DNA of 24,141 bases from Candidatus Sumerlaeia bacterium (GTDB lineage Bacteria; Sumerlaeota; Sumerlaeia; SLMS01), in NCBI GenBank assembly GCA_038208905.1, contig JBBQYG010000052.1, positions 1 through 24,141 on the forward strand. Direction: 5' to 3'. The position numbers were made by a program, and so were the translations under genes. Of this stretch, positions 1-7,139 are shown one piece after another. The notes beneath the pieces are model-generated. The model ran no database searches. It was given only the letters and a program-made list of their open reading frames with translations, and was not told the DNA's origin. Each line of letters opens with the position of its first letter. Positions within the stretch are counted from its first letter, which is position 1.

Positions 1-1
1 C

Positions 2-1096
2 TTCGCCATCCCGGCGGGCGTCGTGGCCGCGGGACTTTTCCTCGGCAGCCCATCGCTCTTCCCCGCGATCAAGGGCTTCTTCCTGCCGGGCGATTCGCCG
101 CTCTCCGCCCGCGAGGTGATCCTCGTGCTCCAGTACCGCCACCCGCATCACCACCAACCGTGGACATGGCCCGCGTCCCACTACGTCCAGGCCGCGCTGG
201 TGCTGGTGGCGGGCGCACTCTCGCTTTGGCGAATCACGCCGGCGGGCGAGCGCCGCCTGCTCGTGGTTCCAGGGGCGCTCATCGTCTATGCAGTCGCCAG
301 CAGCGCGCTCTTCGCGCTCTGCGCCGCGCTGCGGGTCCTTCCGATCGTCGCGTATATACAGTGCTTTCGCCTCATCCCGCTGGCGATGGCGATAGCAGCC
401 ATCGGAATGCTGGGAGCGCTGTGGAGGACACTGGGAGGACGAGGAATCGCCTTTTTTTCACTGGCCGCGCTGGCTGGGGCAGTTCTATTCCGCCTCGCCG
501 GGGTCTTCGGCCCAGGCCTCGTCTCCATCGCGGCGCTGGCCCTCGCGTGGCGTCCGCTTCCCGCCTCCATCGCGCCGCTCGCGCTCTCAACGCGGCGCTG
601 GCCAATCCTCGCGATGGGTGCCGCATCGCTTGCCGTGATAGTCGCGCTGCAGGCCAGCGCCCCGCTGCGCGACCGAATCAATGCGATCCGCGGGAGTCAT
701 TGGCTCGCCACCGCCGAGCCCACCGATCCGGCACGCGCGCGTCTTGCCCAATGGATCCGCGCCAACACCCCCCGCCAGGCGATCATCTCCATCCCTGCCA
801 CGATGGAAGGCTTCCACATCTGGGAGCAACGCGCCGTGGTCGTGGACCTCAAGAACGTCCCCTACCGCAATGCCGGGCTTGCCGAGTGGTCCACCCGCAT
901 CGCCCTCGCCACGGGGGACAATCCCATGCGCCCCGGCGCCACGCCCTCCACCACCGACCCCGACCCCGAATTCCTTATCCAACTCGCCGGCCGCTACCGC
1001 GCCAGCTACGTCGTGCTCCGCGGCAAGATAGCCCACTCCCGCGACGTCTATCCATGGGATGACTATACCGTGATTGAGGCAGGTAACGGCAGGTAA
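2..1096 (+). CDS. Polytopic membrane protein with a C-terminal DUF6798-like domain; 5' end truncated by the window edge
   Basis: The frame is open from position 2, so the GTG at 23 is probably internal. Several hydrophobic helices are followed by a soluble tail (WIRANTP...RAVVVDLKNVPYRNAGLAEWSTRI...YRASYVVL) that resembles DUF6798 proteins as I recall them; no search was run. Confidence 0.6.
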   Translation, partial: FAIPAGVVAAGLFLGSPSLFPAIKGFFLPGDSPLSAREVILVLQYRHPHHHQPWTWPASHYVQAALVLVAGALSLWRITPAGERRLLVVPGALIVYAVASSALFALCAALRVLPIVAYIQCFRLIPLAMAIAAIGMLGALWRTLGGRGIAFFSLAALAGAVLFRLAGVFGPGLVSIAALALAWRPLPASIAPLALSTRRWPILAMGAASLAVIVALQASAPLRDRINAIRGSHWLATAEPTDPARARLAQWIRANTPRQAIISIPATMEGFHIWEQRAVVVDLKNVPYRNAGLAEWSTRIALATGDNPMRPGATPSTTDPDPEFLIQLAGRYRASYVVLRGKIAHSRDVYPWDDYTVIEAGNGR

Positions 1097-1195
1097 CGGC
1101 AGGGAGAAGGAGGAAAAAGCAGACGCCTGCCTCCCCCTGTCTTCCCCTGCCGTTCGCTGCCTCTCCCTGTCGTTCCCTGTTTCTCCCCGCCGTCA
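1074..1195. repeat. Inverted pair of degenerate 10-bp tandem arrays between convergent genes; likely a long hairpin or bidirectional terminator
   Basis: Left arm 1074-1123: TTGAGGCAGG TAACGGCAGG TAACGGCAGG GAGAAGGAGG AAAAAGCAGA. Right arm 1126-1195: CCTGCCTCCC CCTGTCTTCC CCTGCCGTTC GCTGCCTCTC CCTGTCGTTC CCTGTTTCTC CCCGCCGTCA. The period is exactly 10 nt and the arms are approximate reverse complements. Confidence 0.85.
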
Positions 1196-2005
1196 AAAAT
1201 CCTTCATCGGCGAGCTCGCGCTTGCATAGGCGCGCTTCTCCATGCGGCCCGCGAGGAAGGCGGTGCGGCCCGCGCGTGTGGCGTCGCGGCAGGCGGCGGC
1301 CATGGCGACGGGGTTTCCGGATTTGGCGATGGCGGTGTTGAGGAGGATGCCGTCGATGCCGAGTTCCATCGCCAGCGCGCAGTCGCTCGCCGTTCCCACG
1401 CCCGCGTCCACGACCACAGGCACGCTCAGCAATTCCTTGATGATGCGGATGTTCCCCGGATTCAGGATGCCGCGCCCGCTCCCGATCGGCGAGCCCAGCG
1501 GCATCACCACCGCGGCGCCCGCCTGTTCAAGGCGCTGGCACAGCACGATGTCGTCGCTGCAATAGGCCATCACCGTCCAGCCCTCCCCGGCAAGCCGCCG
1601 CGTCGCCTCCAGAGTCCCGATGGGGCACGGCATCAGCGTCTTCTCGTCGCCGATCACCTCGATCTTGATGAGCTTTGGGAGTTCCAGCTCCAGTGTCAGT
1701 TCCGCGATCTTCAGCGCGTCGTCCACCGTATAGCACCCCGCCGTGTTTGGGAGGATGTGCATGCGCTGGGTATCGATGAAGTTCAGGATGTTGTTGGCGG
1801 GATTCTTCATGTCCACGCGGCGGAGCGCCACCGTCACCATCTGGGAAGCCGACGCGCGGTGTGCCGCCTGCATCGTGGGAAAATCGGGAAACTTCCCCGT
1901 GCCGACGATCATTCGGGAGTGAAGGCTGTAAGGCCCGAACTCCAGCGGCCCGTCCGCGATCGTCGAATCGGGGCTGGTTGGCAGCGGCTGGGGAGCGTCG
2001 TTCAT
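1193..2005 (-). CDS. thiG: Thiazole synthase ThiG
   Basis: Hallmark motifs SRMIVGTGK, ILPNTAGC, IKIEVIGD, VMPLGSPIGSGRG, VVVDAGVGTASD, A.ASSP. It lies directly downstream of thiS. Start placed at ATG 2005 (MNDAPQ) because the longer ORF overlaps thiS. Confidence 0.97.
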   Translation of the reverse strand: MNDAPQPLPTSPDSTIADGPLEFGPYSLHSRMIVGTGKFPDFPTMQAAHRASASQMVTVALRRVDMKNPANNILNFIDTQRMHILPNTAGCYTVDDALKIAELTLELELPKLIKIEVIGDEKTLMPCPIGTLEATRRLAGEGWTVMAYCSDDIVLCQRLEQAGAAVVMPLGSPIGSGRGILNPGNIRIIKELLSVPVVVDAGVGTASDCALAMELGIDGILLNTAIAKSGNPVAMAAACRDATRAGRTAFLAGRMEKRAYASASSPMKDF

Positions 2006-2039
2006 GGGGCGGAATCCGGGGGGCGAGGCGCGGGGGACG

Positions 2040-2267
2040 TCAGCCCCCGCCCACCATCGCGATGATCTCGATTTTGTCACCCTCGCGCAGCGCCGTCGCC
2101 CCGCGGTCGGGTCGGCGGACGATTTCGCCATTTACCATCGTGGCGCAACGGCGTTCATGGAGGCCCAGTTCCTCCAGCAGGCCGCCAAGGCTCCCCGCCG
2201 AGGTCGTTTTCGGCTCGTCGTTGACGGATATCGCGAGTGGACCGCTCATGGTCTTGACCTGTTCCAT
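2040..2267 (-). CDS. thiS: Sulfur carrier protein ThiS
   Basis: 75-aa ubiquitin-like protein with VNGEIV and LREGDKIEII..VGGG, ending in the Gly-Gly motif. AGGAGG lies about 8 nt upstream of ATG 2267; an alternative start is 2249. Confidence 0.95.
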   Translation of the reverse strand: MEQVKTMSGPLAISVNDEPKTTSAGSLGGLLEELGLHERRCATMVNGEIVRRPDRGATALREGDKIEIIAMVGGG

Positions 2268-2329
2268 CCCCGCACCCTCCTATTCTCCCCGCATCGGCAG
2301 CAATACGACTTCACCAGCGAGGCTTTGCA

Positions 2330-3436
2330 ATGAAACCGGACTACGGCGTGGCGGTCAAGGTGGGCATCTTCTTCACCATCGCGGTGTTGATCGCGCTGGG
2401 GCTCAGCCTTCAGGTCGGTCGCAGTTCCTGGTTCTCCAAGCAATACACGCTGGAGGCCCGGTTCGTCCGCGCCCCCTCCGTGGAGGCTGGCACCAAGGTC
2501 ACCCTTCGCGGATTCCCCGTGGGCACGGTCGGGTCGCTCGATTGGGAACCCGCCACCAGCCGCATTCGTGCGGTACTCAACATCAAATCGCAGTATGAAA
2601 TTCCCTCCAACGCCGTCGCCCGTGTCCAGTCCAGCAGCTTCCTCGGTGGTTCCGTCATCGACATCGCTCTGGATCCCGAGCAGACCGTGGGTCCCGCCCT
2701 TGCGGACGGGGGCGAGATCACCACCCGCGAGGTTCCCGGTATCGAGGAGGTCCTCTCCACGGTCGGAGACCTCAGCCGCGACACCCAGGAACTTATCCAG
2801 AACCTGAACAGCAATCATGAGACGACCCTGGCCAAGGTCAACGAGGTGATCGAGGAAAACCGCGAGTACATCAGGGCGACCAGCGAATCTTTCTCGAAGG
2901 CAGGCCCCAAGCTCGAGCTGCTTTCCGACCGCCTCAACGAGATGACCGAATTCATGAAGAGCGGCGAGGGCACCATCGGCGCACTCTACGCCAACAAGGA
3001 CCTCTATGATCAAATGGTCCAGGTTTCCGAGGACGCCAAGGAAATCACCGCCCAGATCAAGTCCGGTAGCGGCGATCTTGGGGCCCTTATCTATGGGGAC
3101 CAACTCGCCGCCGACGCCAAAAAGGTCATGGCCGACCTCCAAAGCGCCGCTACCGAGGTTCAGGGCGCCGTCAGCGAGAACCGGGAAAGCATGAAGAGCC
3201 TCTTCGCCTCGCTCTCCGACGCCGGCCCCCGGATCGACAAGGCCATCTCGAACTTCAACGAGGTCTCCGAGAAGATTAACGCCGGGGAGGGAACCCTCGG
3301 CAAGCTAGTCAACGACCCCAGCCTCTACAACGACGCCAAGTCCACCATGAACCAAGTGGGCGAAAGCTTCGAGAACAGCGAGGAGCAGGGCGTATTCCGT
3401 AGCTTTCTCGGCCTTCTGTTCGGAGCGCTCATTTGA
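2330..3436 (+). CDS. mlaD: MlaD/MCE-family protein (N-terminal TM helix, MCE domain, long helical tail)
   Basis: N-terminal anchor VKVGIFFTIAVLIALGL, MCE motifs GTKVTLRGFPVGTV and IPSNAVARVQSSSFLGGSVIDI, and repeated GEGT(I/L)G(A/K)L..D..LY units in the helical tail. Confidence 0.88.
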   Translation: MKPDYGVAVKVGIFFTIAVLIALGLSLQVGRSSWFSKQYTLEARFVRAPSVEAGTKVTLRGFPVGTVGSLDWEPATSRIRAVLNIKSQYEIPSNAVARVQSSSFLGGSVIDIALDPEQTVGPALADGGEITTREVPGIEEVLSTVGDLSRDTQELIQNLNSNHETTLAKVNEVIEENREYIRATSESFSKAGPKLELLSDRLNEMTEFMKSGEGTIGALYANKDLYDQMVQVSEDAKEITAQIKSGSGDLGALIYGDQLAADAKKVMADLQSAATEVQGAVSENRESMKSLFASLSDAGPRIDKAISNFNEVSEKINAGEGTLGKLVNDPSLYNDAKSTMNQVGESFENSEEQGVFRSFLGLLFGALI

Positions 3437-3508
3437 CCCACCCGGGAACTTCGGAAAGTTTTTCCCTTCAAGGGTCTAACATCCCCTTGCGCTCCCGGGC
3501 CCTTCCCT

Positions 3509-3535
3509 TTGACATGCGTGTCGAAACCATAGGGC
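3509..3535 (+). promoter_or_regulatory. Possible sigma70-type promoter for the Mgl/Roadblock cluster
   Basis: Perfect TTGACA at 3509-3514 in the 208-bp intergenic gap. The only -10 candidate (TAGGGC, 3530-3535) is weak and has 15-bp spacing. Confidence 0.25.
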
Positions 3536-3644
3536 ACTTCCGGTGCCGACCCGTTGTGGGTGCCAGTGGCGCCATGGGTCGCGGGATGCCAGCAGCGGCC
3601 AGCGTCGTGCAACTCCCCCCACGCCTGCGGAGACGGAACGCAAC

Positions 3645-4463
3645 ATGGTGATGCCATCGGAGATTCTCCAGATGGAGCGCGACTTCCTGTCCGGGAAGAA
3701 CCCTCTCGCCTACCTTCCGCTCTGCCAAGCCCTTCGCCGCCAGAATAACTTCAGCCGAGCCCTCGACCTTTGCCTCCGGGGCCTTGCCGGCGACCCCGAT
3801 TCCGTCGCCGGACGAACGCTTCACGCCCGCCTTCTGGCTGACCTTGGGCGCTACGAGGAAGGCCTTCGCGAGATCGCCCGCGTCGAGCCCATGGCCCCCG
3901 ACGCGATGGGCCTTCTCGGCGAAAAAGCGCGCATCCTCATCCGTCTGCGCCGCCTCGACGAGGCCCGCGCGGTCCTCGCCATCCTCAATCGCCGCAATCC
4001 GCTCGCGCCCGATGTTCAGGTCCTCAACGACGCCCTCCGCCAATCCGAACGTACCCAACCCCGGGGCACCGGCTCCAGCAGTGCCGACGCCGTCCCCCGC
4101 ATTGTCCGCCGGTCCTCCGCCGAGATTCTGGCGGACCTGCTCAAGGAAATGCGCTCCCTCGTCAAGATCGTCGGCGGCGCAGTCATCCCGCTTGGCGTTG
4201 GCGATCCTGCCGTGGAGGGCCGTGTCGAGCACGCCGAGCTTGCGCTTGACTACTATCGCGACGTTACCGCGGCCAGCAGGGACCTGGAAATCGGGCGAAT
4301 GCGCATGGGCTTCCTCGAAACCGAGCAGGTCCAGCTTATTGTGCTTGTCCGTGGCAAGGCCCTCGTGGCTATTTCCTTCGAGCCGATGGCGAATTTTGGT
4401 AAAGTCTACCACCGCTTTGCGTTTGCAGTGGACCGGTTGCTGCCAGAGTCCAGTGCGAGCTAA
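3645..4463 (+). CDS. TPR-repeat protein fused to a C-terminal Roadblock/LC7-like domain
   Basis: N-terminal helical repeats (AYLPLCQALRRQNNFSRALDLCLRGLAGDPDS..., ARLLADLGRYEEGL..., ARILIRLRRLDEARAVL) have the TPR pattern. The last ~115 aa align by eye with the Roadblock gene at 5489 (LEIGRMRMGFLETE...PMANFGKV vs MEQGELRSFIVETD...PDANLGLI). Start at ATG 3645 or 3651, after GGAG. Confidence 0.75.
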   Translation: MVMPSEILQMERDFLSGKNPLAYLPLCQALRRQNNFSRALDLCLRGLAGDPDSVAGRTLHARLLADLGRYEEGLREIARVEPMAPDAMGLLGEKARILIRLRRLDEARAVLAILNRRNPLAPDVQVLNDALRQSERTQPRGTGSSSADAVPRIVRRSSAEILADLLKEMRSLVKIVGGAVIPLGVGDPAVEGRVEHAELALDYYRDVTAASRDLEIGRMRMGFLETEQVQLIVLVRGKALVAISFEPMANFGKVYHRFAFAVDRLLPESSAS

Positions 4464-4487
4464 TTCCCCAGGGACCAGGGTCATCCG

Positions 4488-5429
4488 ATGACGAGTTTCG
4501 ACAAGAACCTGCTGCTCCTTCTGGTCACGATCCTGTCGCTGGTCGCGGTGGCCAGTGGGCTTTCCGGCGCGCGCCCCATCTTCGAGTTGAACCTCTCCTC
4601 CGTCGCCATCGTCGTCGGCGTCGAGTTTCTGGTTTACTTCATCGCCTCCATGGCCATGAACCAGCGCGCCACCGTCGGCATGGCGCTCGGATCCGCCGTG
4701 GCCTTCGTCATCCTCCGGTGCATATGCTCGCTCATCGGCGGCGCGGCATTCGGTATTTTTGCCGAGGCCGCCGATGGCTTCAATCCCGCGCTGGCATGGC
4801 TCAATCCCGTCGCCGCCGCCATTCAGGTCTTCACGGTGCTCGTCACCGGCCCCTACATTCTCGCCATCACGTTTCCCGACTTGATCGGCAAGGACGCGGC
4901 CCGGTCGCTTCGCGGCGGCCCCGCCGCGCCAAGCGTCTCCTCTTCGCGCTCAAGCGTCGCCATGCTGGGTTCGCTCGAGACCTCGCCCACGGGCGGCTTC
5001 ATCCAGGTCTTCTCCTACGAGGAACTTACCGGCGTCATCCGCAAGAGCCCGGGCCTCGAAGGCTTCGTCATCTACAACGAGGAAGGGCTGGTCGTCTGGA
5101 AGGACATCCCGATGAAGATCGACGTGGACGCCCTTGCCGCCCGTATCATGTCCGGCGGCACCCAGCTCGGCAGGGTGGTGCTCGATTCCGGCCTTTCCCG
5201 CCTGCGCCGCATCGCCATCGAAAGCCGCGACCACCACATCCTGAGCACCACCCTCAACCAGTCCTTCGGCATGATCATCATCTTCAGCAGCCGCACCCAG
5301 CAGGACGAGATGTTCACGCGCATCTCGATACTTTCCAAAACCGCGCGCGAGTTTCTCCAGTGGAAGTACCCGTCCCTGCCGCTGTCGACGGGGATGTCGC
5401 GGGACCGCATTGCCCTGGACATGGTTTGA
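4488..5429 (+). CDS. Membrane protein (~4 TM helices) fused to a C-terminal Roadblock/LC7 domain
   Basis: About four hydrophobic segments in the first ~130 aa, a Ser/Ala-rich linker, then a Roadblock pattern (SPGLEGFVIYNEEGLVVW...DVDALAA...SGLSRLRRIAIESRDHHIL...MIIIFS). Confidence 0.78.
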   Translation: MTSFDKNLLLLLVTILSLVAVASGLSGARPIFELNLSSVAIVVGVEFLVYFIASMAMNQRATVGMALGSAVAFVILRCICSLIGGAAFGIFAEAADGFNPALAWLNPVAAAIQVFTVLVTGPYILAITFPDLIGKDAARSLRGGPAAPSVSSSRSSVAMLGSLETSPTGGFIQVFSYEELTGVIRKSPGLEGFVIYNEEGLVVWKDIPMKIDVDALAARIMSGGTQLGRVVLDSGLSRLRRIAIESRDHHILSTTLNQSFGMIIIFSSRTQQDEMFTRISILSKTAREFLQWKYPSLPLSTGMSRDRIALDMV

Positions 5430-5454
5430 CAACGTAGCGTTTCGCAACCGACGA

Positions 5455-5472
5455 ATCCCCCGCACGGGGACG
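5455..5472 (+). repeat. Hairpin motif copy 1 (ATCCCCCGCACGGGGACG), upstream of the stand-alone Roadblock gene
   Basis: Stem TCCCC/GGGGA with loop CGCAC, immediately before the AAGGAG ribosome-binding site. A near-identical copy lies at 5839-5854. Confidence 0.6.
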
Positions 5473-5488
5473 CAAGGAGCCTCTCTCA

Positions 5489-5839
5489 ATGGACCGCATA
5501 CTGGCCGAGCTTAACAAAACACCCAACGTGGTCGGATCGTTCGTTGTCGGCTCCGACGGAATCATCGTCGCCAGCGACTTCGCCACCGAGCTCAACGACG
5601 AGGTGATGGGGGCCCTGACTTCCTCCATCATCAATTCCACCGAGAAGGCCACCAAGAAAATGGAGCAGGGCGAGCTTCGCTCCTTCATCGTGGAGACCGA
5701 CTCCAACAAGATGTTCTTCAACTCGACCCGCTCCGGTTTCCTGGTCTGCGTCTCCACCCCGGACGCCAATCTGGGCCTCATCCGCGTCGAGATGAAGACC
5801 GCCTCGGAGAAACTCGACAACGCCGTCGGCATGCGCTGA
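5489..5839 (+). CDS. Stand-alone Roadblock/LC7 protein (MglB/MglC-like paralogue)
   Basis: 116 aa with the classic pattern ILAELNKTPNVVGSFVVGSDGIIVAS...GELRSFIVET...ANLGLIRVEM; AAGGAG RBS upstream. Confidence 0.92.
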   Translation: MDRILAELNKTPNVVGSFVVGSDGIIVASDFATELNDEVMGALTSSIINSTEKATKKMEQGELRSFIVETDSNKMFFNSTRSGFLVCVSTPDANLGLIRVEMKTASEKLDNAVGMR

Positions 5840-5854
5840 TCCCCGCACGGGACG
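5839..5854 (+). repeat. Hairpin motif copy 2 (ATCCCCGCACGGGACG), upstream of mglA
   Basis: Stem TCCC/GGGA with the same CGCAC loop and flanks as 5455-5472, one G-C pair shorter. Confidence 0.6.
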
Positions 5855-5890
5855 GCGACACCTTACATCCGAAGGACCCGAACAGACTCC

Positions 5891-7108
5891 ATGGCAACCC
5901 TCAATTACGCTTTCAAGGAACTCTCCTGCAAGATCGTCTATTATGGCTGCGGCCTTTGTGGAAAAACCACGAACCTCATCCATATCCACAAGACGGTCCC
6001 CCAGAAGTTCCGTGGCGAGCTTGTATCCCTCGCCACCGAGCAGGACCGCACCCTGTTCTTCGACTTCCTCCCCCTCGACCTTGGAGAGGTGAAGGGCTTC
6101 AAGACCAAGTTCCAGCTCTACACCGTCCCCGGCCAGGTTTACTACAATGCCACCCGAAAGCTCGTCCTTCGCGGCGTGGACGGCCTTGTCTTTGTCGCCG
6201 ACAGCCAGAAGGACCGCCTTCAGGAAAACATCGATTCCCTCGAGAACCTGAAGCAGAACCTCGCCGAGTACGGCTACCGGCTGCAAACCGGCCCGTCGGA
6301 CTTCGAGGGCATCCCCTGGGTGATCCAATACAACAAGCGCGACATGCCCCAGGTCTCCGAACTTGAGGACATGCAGGTCGCCATGAACCCCAACCGCGTC
6401 CCCCACTTCGAGGCCGTCGCCGTCAACGGCAACGGCGTCAAGGATACGCTCAAGGGCATCTCTTCCCTCGTCATCAAGAAGCTCAACGCCGACCCCACCG
6501 GAGTCGGCGGCACTGCGGAACCCAAGAAGGAATCCAAGCCCGTCGCCGCAGCCGCCACGCCCTCGTCCAAGGCACCGGTCGCGGAGGACTATTCCGCGAT
6601 GAACGAGGACGACTTGGAGAAGGAGTTGGCGGAGGAGCCGAAGTCAAAGTCGGGCGCCGCTGCCTCATCGACGCCCGCCATGTCCCGGCCCAAGCCCGCC
6701 GCCCCGGCTCCCGTCGCGGAAGCACCCGCCGCCCATGCCGGAATGCCCGTCCTCAACGTCGTCCAAAAGGGCGGCGCCCGTGTCCGCGGCCTCGGCTTCG
6801 GAAGCTCGAACCTCACGCTGGCCAACATGGCCGGCGGCGACGCGGACCTCTACCAGTTGACGGGCAAGGTCTCCTTCCTGGGCATCTTCGGCTCGACGTG
6901 GAGCCGTCGCTTGCGCTTCACCGGAACCGAGGAAAAGGCCTACGGCGGAGTCGTCTCGAAGTTCTTCAAGTTTCTCTCAGACGATGGCACCGACCCCTCA
7001 CTGGAAGTCTATGTGAAGGACGATTTCGACAAACCCCTGTTCGTGAATTACCTCGGTAAGTTCGGCGAAGTGAAGATCGTACCCCCGGGCAAGGCACCCC
7101 TTGCCTGA
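5891..7108 (+). CDS. mglA: MglA-family small GTPase with a low-complexity linker and an extra C-terminal domain
   Basis: Residues 1-199 carry MglA signatures: KIVYYGCGLCGKTTNL (G1), DRTLFFDFLP (intrinsic Arg), YTVPGQVYY (G3), VDGLVFVADS and QYNKRD (G4). About 200 further residues follow. Confidence 0.95.
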   Translation: MATLNYAFKELSCKIVYYGCGLCGKTTNLIHIHKTVPQKFRGELVSLATEQDRTLFFDFLPLDLGEVKGFKTKFQLYTVPGQVYYNATRKLVLRGVDGLVFVADSQKDRLQENIDSLENLKQNLAEYGYRLQTGPSDFEGIPWVIQYNKRDMPQVSELEDMQVAMNPNRVPHFEAVAVNGNGVKDTLKGISSLVIKKLNADPTGVGGTAEPKKESKPVAAAATPSSKAPVAEDYSAMNEDDLEKELAEEPKSKSGAAASSTPAMSRPKPAAPAPVAEAPAAHAGMPVLNVVQKGGARVRGLGFGSSNLTLANMAGGDADLYQLTGKVSFLGIFGSTWSRRLRFTGTEEKAYGGVVSKFFKFLSDDGTDPSLEVYVKDDFDKPLFVNYLGKFGEVKIVPPGKAPLA

Positions 7109-7139
7109 GCGGCCGAAGGCGCAAGAAAGGAATTGAGTA

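Noticed and set aside
2006-2131. N-terminal extension of ThiG in the 312-aa ORF call
   Set aside because: It overlaps thiS in another frame and has no ThiG-like sequence.
2268-2329. TPP riboswitch upstream of thiS-thiG
   Set aside because: The divergent gap is only about 62 bp and lacks the CUGAGA core on the minus strand.
3444-3466. Intrinsic terminator after mlaD (GGGAACTT-CGGA-AAGTTTTTCCC)
   Set aside because: The stem is weak and bulged and is not followed by a clear U-tract, so the evidence is insufficient to call it.
5450-5482. c-di-GMP-I (GEMM) riboswitch suggested by GGGACGCAAG
   Set aside because: There is no upstream GGCAAA/GNRA-loop stem and no room for the second hairpin before the start codon at 5489; only a short word matches.
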